Source: Lentisphaera sp.
Lineage (GTDB): Bacteria; Verrucomicrobiota; Lentisphaeria; Victivallales; GWF2-50-93
Direction of reading: 5' to 3'
NCBI GenBank assembly: GCA_020721745.1
Contig: DYMC01000001.1
Location: 1 to 34,480, forward strand
DNA: 34,480 nt
Positions 7,875 to 14,767 of this stretch are shown here, piece after piece. Numbering within the stretch: position 1 is the first letter of the stretch; each line of letters begins with the position of its first letter. A model generated the notes under the pieces. That model had not been told where the DNA came from. It searched no databases and saw only the letters and a program-made list of their open reading frames with translations. The position numbers and the translations under genes are program-made.

Positions 7875-8605
7875 ACAAGAAAACCATCCCGATCAAGCAG
7901 GTCACCAGCTGGTCGTTCAGCCGCTACAGCACGTACAAGCAATGCCCGTTGAAGCTGAAACTCAGCGCGATCGATCATATACGCGAGCCGGGCAATGAGG
8001 CCATGGTGCGCGGCGACGCCATCCACAAGTTGGCTGAGAAGTACATCAAGGGTGAGGGCCGCTCGTTGCCGCCTGAACTCAAGCTGTTTGCTGACGAGTT
8101 CAAGAAGCTGCGGGCCCAGTACAAGAAGAAAATCAACGGCATGGTGGTCGAAGACAACTGGGCTTTCACAAAAGATTGGTCTGAAACACAGTGGGATAAT
8201 TGGGCAGAGTGCGTTGTGCGCATCAAGATTGATTGCGCCCACCATCAGGACGACGAGACCCTCATCATCACGGACTGGAAGACGGGCAAGTTCCGCCCTG
8301 AGATGAATGAGGAGTACGTCGAGCAGCTGGAGCTCTACGCGCTGGCCGCCCTGCTTCTTCACGAGCACATTCAGCAGGTCAAGCCACGCCTCGCCTACTT
8401 GGACCTCGGCATCACATACCCTGAGGCTGGCGCTGAGCTGGTGTTCACGCGCACTGACATCCCCAAGCTCAAGAAGCTGTGGAAGAAGCGGACCAAGGCC
8501 ATGCTGAATGATAAGCAGTTCGCGCCCCGCCCGAACGACAAGTGCCGATTCTGTTTTTACCGCAACAGCAACAAGGCTGCCGGTGGCGGCCAGTGCAAAT
8601 ACTGA
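7871..8605 (+). CDS. PD-(D/E)XK nuclease, Cas4/RecB-like, with a Cys cluster
   Basis: N-terminal Cys (YKQCPLK), DWKTGK and QLELYALA core motifs, and a C-terminal CRFC...C cluster typical of 4-Cys Cas4-like exonucleases. Confidence 0.85.
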   Translation: MNKKTIPIKQVTSWSFSRYSTYKQCPLKLKLSAIDHIREPGNEAMVRGDAIHKLAEKYIKGEGRSLPPELKLFADEFKKLRAQYKKKINGMVVEDNWAFTKDWSETQWDNWAECVVRIKIDCAHHQDDETLIITDWKTGKFRPEMNEEYVEQLELYALAALLLHEHIQQVKPRLAYLDLGITYPEAGAELVFTRTDIPKLKKLWKKRTKAMLNDKQFAPRPNDKCRFCFYRNSNKAAGGGQCKY

Positions 8606-8615
8606 GGAGATGAAC

Positions 8616-9146
8616 ATGGAACACGTGATGATTGACCTTGAGACCCTGGGCCGCCGCGCTGGCTGCGCCATCCTGTCCATTGGGGCAGTGGCCTTCGACG
8701 CCAAGGCCAAGGAGCTGGGTCCTGAGCTGTACACGGTCGTGCGCCTGGACAGCTGCGAGAAGGCAGGCCTGCACATCGACCCGGACACGATCGCTTGGTG
8801 GGAGAAGCAAAACCCCGAGGCGCAGAAGGTCCTCAAGCAGGCACGAGCTGCCAGTGGCAACAAGGTGCTGCCCGAGGCGCTGGAGGAGCTAACCAAGTAC
8901 CTCAGCCAGTTCGACCTCAAGAAGGTCAAGGTCTGGGGCAACGGATCGGACTTCGACAACGCCATCCTCACGGCTTGTTACGCCTCCGTCGAGAAGCCAC
9001 TGCCGTGGGAGTTCTGGAACAACCGCTGCTACCGCACGTTGAAGAGCCTGAAGCCGTCGATCAAGATGCAGCGCCAAGGCACCTGCCACAACGCGTTGGA
9101 CGATGCCAAGTCTCAGGCCTTCCACGCAATCGAGTTGCTGGGGTGA
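8616..9146 (+). CDS. DEDDh 3'-5' exonuclease (DnaQ / Rv2179c-like)
   Basis: MIDLETLG (Exo I), GNGSDFD (Exo II) and HNALDDA (Exo III, DEDDh). gaggag RBS at 8604-8609. The in-frame ATG at 8610 is an alternative start. Confidence 0.85.
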   Translation: MEHVMIDLETLGRRAGCAILSIGAVAFDAKAKELGPELYTVVRLDSCEKAGLHIDPDTIAWWEKQNPEAQKVLKQARAASGNKVLPEALEELTKYLSQFDLKKVKVWGNGSDFDNAILTACYASVEKPLPWEFWNNRCYRTLKSLKPSIKMQRQGTCHNALDDAKSQAFHAIELLG

Positions 9147-9149
9147 CCA

Positions 9150-9341
9150 ATGGTAGATGAAATTGATCGTCAGCTGGAGTGTGATGAGGTACTTGAAGCC
9201 GCGTGGGTGAAGAAGATACGCGAGCAGGCCAGTCAGATGCCAGCAGGGCGGCCAGGCGACTGCGATCTTTGCGGCGAGTGGTCAGCAAGGTTGGTCAACG
9301 GTGTCTGTGCTCCATGCCGTGACAGACACAAGCTGCCATGA
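9150..9341 (+). CDS. TraR/DksA-type C4 zinc-finger protein
   Basis: CDLCGE...CAPC arrangement near the C-terminus, 63 aa. ATGA overlap with the next gene. Confidence 0.7.
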   Translation: MVDEIDRQLECDEVLEAAWVKKIREQASQMPAGRPGDCDLCGEWSARLVNGVCAPCRDRHKLP

Positions 9342-9712
9342 GGCAGCTGGAAAGCAAGATCGAGCAGGACGCCTGCGACCTCGTGTGGAAGCACCTCGGG
9401 ATCATAGGTTCCAAGCTCGTTACGCCGGGCGACACGGGGTACCCAGACAGGATCTTCTGGCTGCCCGGTGGTCGTCCGTTGTTGATTGAGTTCAAGCGAC
9501 CTGGGGAAGAACTTGCGCCCAAGCAGATTTACATCCACACCCAGCTGAGAAAGTTGGGCTACCAAGTTGAGGTACATGACAATGCAATCCGAGCTTTTCA
9601 AGCCGTCATCGAAGCCGTGGCAACCACACGCCTATCAAAAGAAAGCCGTCAAGTTCTTGCTCGAGCACGACGCATCTGCGCTGTTCTTAGATCCGGGGTT
9701 AGGCAAGACTAG
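9338..9712 (+). CDS. VRR-NUC domain nuclease
   Basis: GYPDRIF...LLIEFKRPG...KQ...L..LGYQV pattern (PD...E.K active site of VRR-NUC). The 3' end overlaps the SNF2 gene by ~135 nt. Confidence 0.8.
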   Translation: MRQLESKIEQDACDLVWKHLGIIGSKLVTPGDTGYPDRIFWLPGGRPLLIEFKRPGEELAPKQIYIHTQLRKLGYQVEVHDNAIRAFQAVIEAVATTRLSKESRQVLARARRICAVLRSGVRQD

Positions 9713-11051
9713 TATCACGCTGGCCGCCATCAAGCTACTCAAGCAGAAGAAGCTGCTGGACAAGGTCCTGCTGATCGCTCCGCTCCGCGTCTGCTACAGC
9801 GTGTGGCCCAAGGAGGTCGAGAAGTGGGAGGACTTCAGCGGCATCCGTGTCTGCGTCCTCCACGGGCCGAACAAGGACGCGCTGCTCAAGACCGAGGCTG
9901 ACGTCTACGTCATCAACCCCGAGGGCCTTGAGTGGCTGCTGCAGGTTGAGAAAACCAAGACTGCCCAGGGTAAGACCAAGGTCAGCGTGGATATGCGCCG
10001 CTGGAAGCAGCTGGGTTTCGACACGCTGGTCGTTGACGAGCTGTCCAAGTTCAAGCACACGAACACCAACCGCTTCAAAGCGTTGAAGCTGGTGCTCAGC
10101 ACCTTCCGCCGCCGCTGGGGTCTGACAGGCTCGCCGGCATCGAATGGCCTGATGGACTTGTTTGGCCAGTGTTACATCCTTGACCAAGGTCGTGCGCTAG
10201 GTCAGTACGTCACCCACTATCGGATGAAGTATTTCGTGCCTAGCCATGACGGCTTCAGCTGGAACATCAGAGAAGGTGCCGAGCAAGAGATTTACGAGCG
10301 CCTGAACCCGCTCGCTTTGCGCATGGCGGCTGACGATTACCTCGACATGCCCACCTTGATCGAGAACAACATCCGGGTGGACCTGCCTGAGAAGATCATG
10401 GAAATGTACGACCGGCTTGAGAACGACCTGATCGCCAAGCTCGATGCCAAGGTTGTCGTGGCCAGCACAGCAGCGGCGGCTTCCATGAAGTGCAGGCAGG
10501 TGGCCAACGGCGGCATCTACCTCGATCCTGAGGTTGAAGCCCTGGTCAAGTTGCCCAAGTCCAAGCGTGAGTGGGTGAACCTGCACACTGAGAAAGTCGA
10601 TGCGCTGGCCGATCTGATCGAGGAGCTGCAGGGCTCACCCATTCTCGTGGCTTACGACTTCGAGCATGACCTCGATCGGCTCCGTGAGCGGCTGGGCAAG
10701 GACGTGCCCTACATCGGCGGCGGCGTGACGGCCAAGCGCTCGGCTGAGCTGGAGAAGGCGTGGAATGCTGGACACCTGCCTGTCTTGCTGGGGCATCCTC
10801 AGGCCATGGCCCACGGTCTGAACCTGCAAGAGGTGGGCAACCACGTCTGCTGGCACTCACTCACCTGGGACTACGAGCTCTATGATCAGTTCATCCGCCG
10901 GGTGCTGCGGCAGGGCAACAAGAGCAAAAAGGTCTTCGTGCACCACATCATGGCTCGTGGCACGATTGATGAGGCGATCCTAGCGGCTGTGAAGTCCAAG
11001 CGTCGTGGTCAGAATGCTCTGTTTGATGCGCTCAAAAAATTGCGCAAATAG
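9576..11051 (+). CDS. SNF2/DEAD-like superfamily 2 helicase
   Basis: HAYQKKAV, Walker A-like DPGLGKTS, DELSKFKH (motif II), and C-terminal helicase motifs (HPQAMAHGLNLQ, QFIRRVLRQG). The start may be 9582 (gagg RBS at 9569-9572). Confidence 0.9.
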   Translation: MTMQSELFKPSSKPWQPHAYQKKAVKFLLEHDASALFLDPGLGKTSITLAAIKLLKQKKLLDKVLLIAPLRVCYSVWPKEVEKWEDFSGIRVCVLHGPNKDALLKTEADVYVINPEGLEWLLQVEKTKTAQGKTKVSVDMRRWKQLGFDTLVVDELSKFKHTNTNRFKALKLVLSTFRRRWGLTGSPASNGLMDLFGQCYILDQGRALGQYVTHYRMKYFVPSHDGFSWNIREGAEQEIYERLNPLALRMAADDYLDMPTLIENNIRVDLPEKIMEMYDRLENDLIAKLDAKVVVASTAAAASMKCRQVANGGIYLDPEVEALVKLPKSKREWVNLHTEKVDALADLIEELQGSPILVAYDFEHDLDRLRERLGKDVPYIGGGVTAKRSAELEKAWNAGHLPVLLGHPQAMAHGLNLQEVGNHVCWHSLTWDYELYDQFIRRVLRQGNKSKKVFVHHIMARGTIDEAILAAVKSKRRGQNALFDALKKLRK

Positions 11052-11064
11052 TTGAAAATAGGTG

Positions 11065-11093
11065 TTTACAAGTCCATTGCGCCGCGCTAGAAT
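11065..11093 (+). promoter_or_regulatory. Sigma70-like promoter (TTTACA-N17-TAGAAT)
   Basis: tttaca at 11065-11070, a 17 nt spacer, and tagaat at 11088-11093, in the 85 nt gap after the SNF2 gene. Confidence 0.65.
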
Positions 11094-11136
11094 CTAATCA
11101 CGGTCACACATCGACCGGACTTGCTGAGGAACCATC

Positions 11137-11538
11137 ATGACCAAGACCACCCAAGCTGACGCCGTCAAGTTCTACGCCCGCCGCGACTCCGCCACCGCGG
11201 TGCTCCGCAAAATGGGCGTCCACGCCCGCGACTACAACGCCTTCATCGAGGTGATGAGCGACGGCCAATTCGCCTGCCACATCGCTCGTGCTGAGATGTA
11301 CCTCGAGTCCCTGAAGAACCCCAAGCCTGCTGAGACCAAGGCCGCCAAGGCTGCGCGCCCCGCTGCTGGGACCAAGCGGACGGGCATCTCCGCTACGGCC
11401 CGGGCCCTGATCCTGGCCGGCAAGACCAACCAAGAGGTGTGGGCTGAGCTCAAGCAGCAGTTCGATCTTGACGATTCCAAGAAGCACTACCCCACGTGGT
11501 ACCGCTGCGAGATGAAGCGTAAAGGCCAGTTGGTCTAA
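11137..11538 (+). CDS. Hypothetical protein with an Ala/Lys/Pro linker and a conserved C-terminal domain (paralog of 11903-12544)
   Basis: C-terminal ISATARALILAGKTNQEVWAELKQQFDLDDSKKHYPTWYRCEMKRKG aligns by eye with the C-terminus of the 11903-12544 product. Confidence 0.7.
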   Translation: MTKTTQADAVKFYARRDSATAVLRKMGVHARDYNAFIEVMSDGQFACHIARAEMYLESLKNPKPAETKAAKAARPAAGTKRTGISATARALILAGKTNQEVWAELKQQFDLDDSKKHYPTWYRCEMKRKGQLV

Positions 11539-11548
11539 GGTGTCCGTC

Positions 11549-11677
11549 ATGAAAGTACGCGTCCATTATCGTGACGGCCGGGCCGTCGATTTCGTAGTGC
11601 ATAAGGACATCCTCGTTGTTGATTTCGCTGCGATGGCGAAGGTGCACGGCCAGATTCGTCGGATCGAGTTCCTATGA
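11549..11677 (+). CDS. Small hypothetical protein (42 aa), not in the supplied ORF track
   Basis: My translation: MKVRVHYRDGRAVDFVVHKDILVVDFAAMAKVHGQIRRIEFL. aagg lies 8 nt upstream. ATGA overlap with the next gene fills an otherwise empty gap. Confidence 0.4.
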   Translation: MKVRVHYRDGRAVDFVVHKDILVVDFAAMAKVHGQIRRIEFL

Positions 11678-11913
11678 TCAGCGATCCCAATAGCATTGAG
11701 ATTCGCGACGAGAGCACCGACGAGGAGCAGCGCTTCCAGCTCTACATCAATGGCGGTCCTCGCGCAATGCTCAGCAAGAAGCATGGCACCGTGCAATTCC
11801 ACTGGCAGGTCTACGGCCCACAATACTGGCCTGGGGCCAAGGTCCTGATGCAGGGCCTGCTGGAACTGTCGGTGCTGGCTGATCAACTATATGGAGAGAA
11901 GAATGGCAAGTAA
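11674..11913 (+). CDS. Hypothetical protein (79 aa)
   Basis: ORF coupled to both neighbours. No motif recognised. Confidence 0.6.
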   Translation: MISDPNSIEIRDESTDEEQRFQLYINGGPRAMLSKKHGTVQFHWQVYGPQYWPGAKVLMQGLLELSVLADQLYGEKNGK

Positions 11914-12544
11914 AAAACCAACGCCGGGCATCATCCCGTGCTATGACCGCCAGCGCCGCACCTGCATTCAGGTTGAGCGGACTGACACCCACGTGAAGTA
12001 CATCCCGCTCGACGTCAATGAGGGCCTGCAGGTTTTGACGGCGGCGGCAAACGAGTTCGACCAGTGGTATGAGCCGATGGTCAACTACCCCGCAGAGAAG
12101 GCGTGTCAGTTGTTCCTCAACTACAGCCAGACCATCGGGGCAACCAAGGAGGCCTTGGGTTACCTGGGCCAGATTGTTAACGTGTCTAAACAGGAGGCCG
12201 ATATGGCAACCACCAATAAGACTGCGGCGACTGAGAAGGCTGCCGCCACCAAGACCGCTGCGAAGAAGGTAGCTCCCGCAAAACCTGCCGCAAAATCTGC
12301 CGCCAAGACGGCTCCGGTCAAGACAGCTAAGCCTGCTGCAAAACCAGCGGCCAAGACTGGCGAGAAGAAGACGTCTGCAGCCCAGATGTTCCAAGACCTG
12401 ATCATGCAGGGCAAGCTGACTGACGACCAGATTTTCGAGAAGGTCCAAGCTCAGTTCGGTCTGGATGAGAAGAAGCGCGGGTACACAAAATGGTATCGGA
12501 ACTATCTCAAGAAACAAGGCATGAATCCTCCTGAGGCAAAGTAG
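11903..12544 (+). CDS. Histone H1/AlgP-like protein (KPAAK-type repeats) sharing a C-terminal domain with 11137-11538
   Basis: ATG at 11903 follows ggagag. Low-complexity TAAKKVAPAKPAAKSAAKTAPVKTAKPAAKPAAKT is followed by SAAQMFQDLIMQGKLTDDQIFEKVQAQFGLDEKKRGYTKWYRNYLKKQG. An in-frame internal ATG at 12203 has an aggagg RBS. Confidence 0.7.
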   Translation: MASKKPTPGIIPCYDRQRRTCIQVERTDTHVKYIPLDVNEGLQVLTAAANEFDQWYEPMVNYPAEKACQLFLNYSQTIGATKEALGYLGQIVNVSKQEADMATTNKTAATEKAAATKTAAKKVAPAKPAAKSAAKTAPVKTAKPAAKPAAKTGEKKTSAAQMFQDLIMQGKLTDDQIFEKVQAQFGLDEKKRGYTKWYRNYLKKQGMNPPEAK

Positions 12545-12647
12545 ATAACCAGCTGTTCAATCTTGAACGGTGTACGGCCTCTGAAAAAAACTCACTCCAC
12601 GCCTATAGAGTATTGGGTGTGGGCAACACACGAAAGAGGTAATCATC

Positions 12648-13460
12648 ATGGCCAAATCCAAAGAAGTTTCACGCGACTCCCGCGACTACGACACCACCCA
12701 GCTACGTGAGGCAGGCCACGGCCGCACGCTTCACAGAGATTATTCCGCACATTTTTTCCGCTGGAGCTTTGCCCGCCGCTTCATCTCGGCCAAGGACAAC
12801 GTCCTCGAGGTCGGCTGCGGCGAGGACAAGCCGCTCAGCAAGATCCTGACTGGCGGAGCTGCTGCTCACGTTGGCCACTACACCGGCGTGGATCTGAACA
12901 AGCTCAAGCCGTCTAACAACCAGCGTCTGGAGTTCCACGGCGAGTTCAACTTCGTCGAGCGCTACAAGGAGTTGCTCAAGAAGCGTCCCGAGGGTTGGGA
13001 TGTCGTCGTTAACTACGAGGTCATCGAACACATGAAGGTCGAGCACGGTGCCAACCTGCTCAAGGCCATGTTCGCCTGCACCAAGCCGGGCGGTGTCCTG
13101 CTGCTCTCGACCCCGGTCTACGATGGCAAGCGCCACGCGGCCAACCACATCCACGAGTACACGGTGCCTGAGCTGCAGAGCTACATCGAGAAGGCTGGCT
13201 ACGTGGTCGAGCGCCGTTTCGGCACGTTCATGGACATCAAGCACATCGGCAAGGCCGACCCCACCGGCTGCAGCAAGGCGGCTGTGCTGGAGATTCGCAA
13301 GGCTTTGGAGCAGTACTTTGACAACGACGCCATCAGCAACATCTTTGGCCCGCTGTACGAGGACCATGCTCGCAACAACCTCTGGGTCTGCCGCAAAGCC
13401 GCTGACGGCAAGCCGGTCAAGCCTGCTCGCAAGACCACCACGAAAGGAGCGCCGTTCTGA
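12648..13460 (+). CDS. Class I SAM-dependent methyltransferase (small-molecule/UbiG-like type, not a recognisable DNA MTase)
   Basis: Motif I VLEVGCGEDKP, an acidic post-I residue (GVDLN), NYEVIEHM, and a KPGGVLLLSTP motif. No DPPY or PCQ DNA-MTase motifs. Confidence 0.85.
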   Translation: MAKSKEVSRDSRDYDTTQLREAGHGRTLHRDYSAHFFRWSFARRFISAKDNVLEVGCGEDKPLSKILTGGAAAHVGHYTGVDLNKLKPSNNQRLEFHGEFNFVERYKELLKKRPEGWDVVVNYEVIEHMKVEHGANLLKAMFACTKPGGVLLLSTPVYDGKRHAANHIHEYTVPELQSYIEKAGYVVERRFGTFMDIKHIGKADPTGCSKAAVLEIRKALEQYFDNDAISNIFGPLYEDHARNNLWVCRKAADGKPVKPARKTTTKGAPF

Positions 13461-13858
13461 TGATTGGCAATGTCGCTGAGTTCCACGAAAAGTTCGGCCT
13501 CCCTATGGGGGCTGTTGATCAACTCATGAACGACCCGGCAGCTCAGGAGTTCCGGGTCAAGTTCTTGCAAGAGGAGCTAGACGAGCTCAAGGAGGCGCTC
13601 GCCGAGGGCAACCGCGTGAAGGTGTTCGACGCTCTGCTGGATCTGGTCTACGTAGCCTACGGCACGGCGCTGTTCGCTGGCATCGATGCAGCTCAGTGGC
13701 ACGCTGGCATGGACGCCGTCCACTCGTGCAACATGGCCAAGGTCCGTGTGGCCAAGGCTGAGGACAGCAAGCGGGGCAGCGCCTTCGATGTCAAGAAGCC
13801 GGAAGGCTGGACTGGCCCCGAGGCGCGCCTGGAGGAGATTCTGTCATGGACCAAGTGA
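13460..13858 (+). CDS. MazG/HisE-like all-alpha NTP pyrophosphohydrolase (candidate dCTPase/dUTPase)
   Basis: LQEELDELKEAL (EExxE) and FDALLDLVYVAYG metal-binding helices. 132 aa. TGATG overlap with the methyltransferase gene. Confidence 0.8.
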   Translation: MIGNVAEFHEKFGLPMGAVDQLMNDPAAQEFRVKFLQEELDELKEALAEGNRVKVFDALLDLVYVAYGTALFAGIDAAQWHAGMDAVHSCNMAKVRVAKAEDSKRGSAFDVKKPEGWTGPEARLEEILSWTK

Positions 13859-14757
13859 GCTGCAAGCTGACGATCTTCGAGGGCCCGGACGGTGGCGGCA
13901 AATCGACTGCCGCCCAGTCCTACGCCCAGATGACCGGCGCCAAGTACGTGCACTTCACCTCGCTGCCTCGCGTCGGCAAGAACCTCGGCCGCATGTACGT
14001 CGAGGCCATGATGCCGGCGCTGCTTGGCTACCAGGACGTGGTCTTCGATCGCTGCTGGCTGAGTGAGATGCCGTACGGCGTCGCGTTCCGTGAGGGCAAG
14101 GATCGCTTGACGTCGGCCAGCCGCCGGATGCTCGAGCGGCTGGCCATGCGGTGCGGCGCTGTTGTGGTCAAGTGCCAACCCAGCTGGGAGACCGTCAAGG
14201 CCAACTACCTCAGCCGCAAGCACATCGAGATGCTGGACAACGAGTACCAACTCAAGACGGTCTACGACCTCTATGCTGAGCAGCCGACGGACTTGCCCTT
14301 GGTGGACTACGACTACACGAGGGGCGACCTGTTCGAGGTCAACAAGGTGGCTCTGCTGATCGATGGCCTGCGTATGCGCCAACACCCGCTTGGTCTGGCC
14401 TCGGCTGGCAACTGGGACGCCCGGATCGTGCTGATCGGCGAGTCGTTTGCTGAGCGCGAGGACAACGATCCCTGGTACCAGTGGCCCTTCGCCTCGTTCA
14501 GTGACGAGGGTTGCAGCCAGTGGTTGGCCGACCAACTGGACCTGATCGAGGTTGGCGAGGACGACATCCTCTGGCTGAACTCCGATCAGGACCTGTCCGT
14601 GCTGTATGACCTGGCGCCTGAGCGCATCATTGCCATGGGCACGGAGGCCTACCAGCAGCTGTACAAGCTCAAGATCAAAGCCGCTTCGGTCCAGCATCCC
14701 CAGACCTGGAAGCGCTTCAACTTCAAGCAGCGCTACCCGTTGCTTGACCTCATCTAA
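13846..14757 (+). CDS. Fusion: thymidylate-kinase-like P-loop dNMP kinase (N-terminal) + degenerate uracil-DNA-glycosylase-superfamily domain (C-terminal)
   Basis: The N-terminus has LTIFEGPDGGGKST (P-loop) and FDRCWLSEMPYG (TMK DR motif). The C-terminus (~aa 175-303) has IVLIGESFAERED...WPFAS...GCSQWL, resembling the family-4 UDG motif A (GEAPG..E...G.PF.G..G..L), and SVQHPQTW, resembling motif B (HPS). Confidence 0.75.
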   Translation: MDQVSCKLTIFEGPDGGGKSTAAQSYAQMTGAKYVHFTSLPRVGKNLGRMYVEAMMPALLGYQDVVFDRCWLSEMPYGVAFREGKDRLTSASRRMLERLAMRCGAVVVKCQPSWETVKANYLSRKHIEMLDNEYQLKTVYDLYAEQPTDLPLVDYDYTRGDLFEVNKVALLIDGLRMRQHPLGLASAGNWDARIVLIGESFAEREDNDPWYQWPFASFSDEGCSQWLADQLDLIEVGEDDILWLNSDQDLSVLYDLAPERIIAMGTEAYQQLYKLKIKAASVQHPQTWKRFNFKQRYPLLDLI

Positions 14758-14767
14758 GGAGAACAAC

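Noticed and set aside
12203-12375. Nucleotide-level repeats (gcc aag / cct gct gca aaa) as a DNA repeat element
   Set aside because: They are in frame and encode the KPAAK low-complexity tract of the H1-like protein. I treated them as coding low complexity, not as a regulatory or mobile repeat.
12581-12609. Possible promoter upstream of the methyltransferase gene (ctgaaa-N17-tataga), with a nearby gttcaa-tc-ttgaac palindrome at 12555-12568
   Set aside because: Both hexamers match the consensus poorly (4 of 6 each) and do not fit the TTTACA family seen elsewhere. The palindrome has a 2 nt centre, so it is not a hairpin terminator. It remains a possible protein-binding site but is unsupported.
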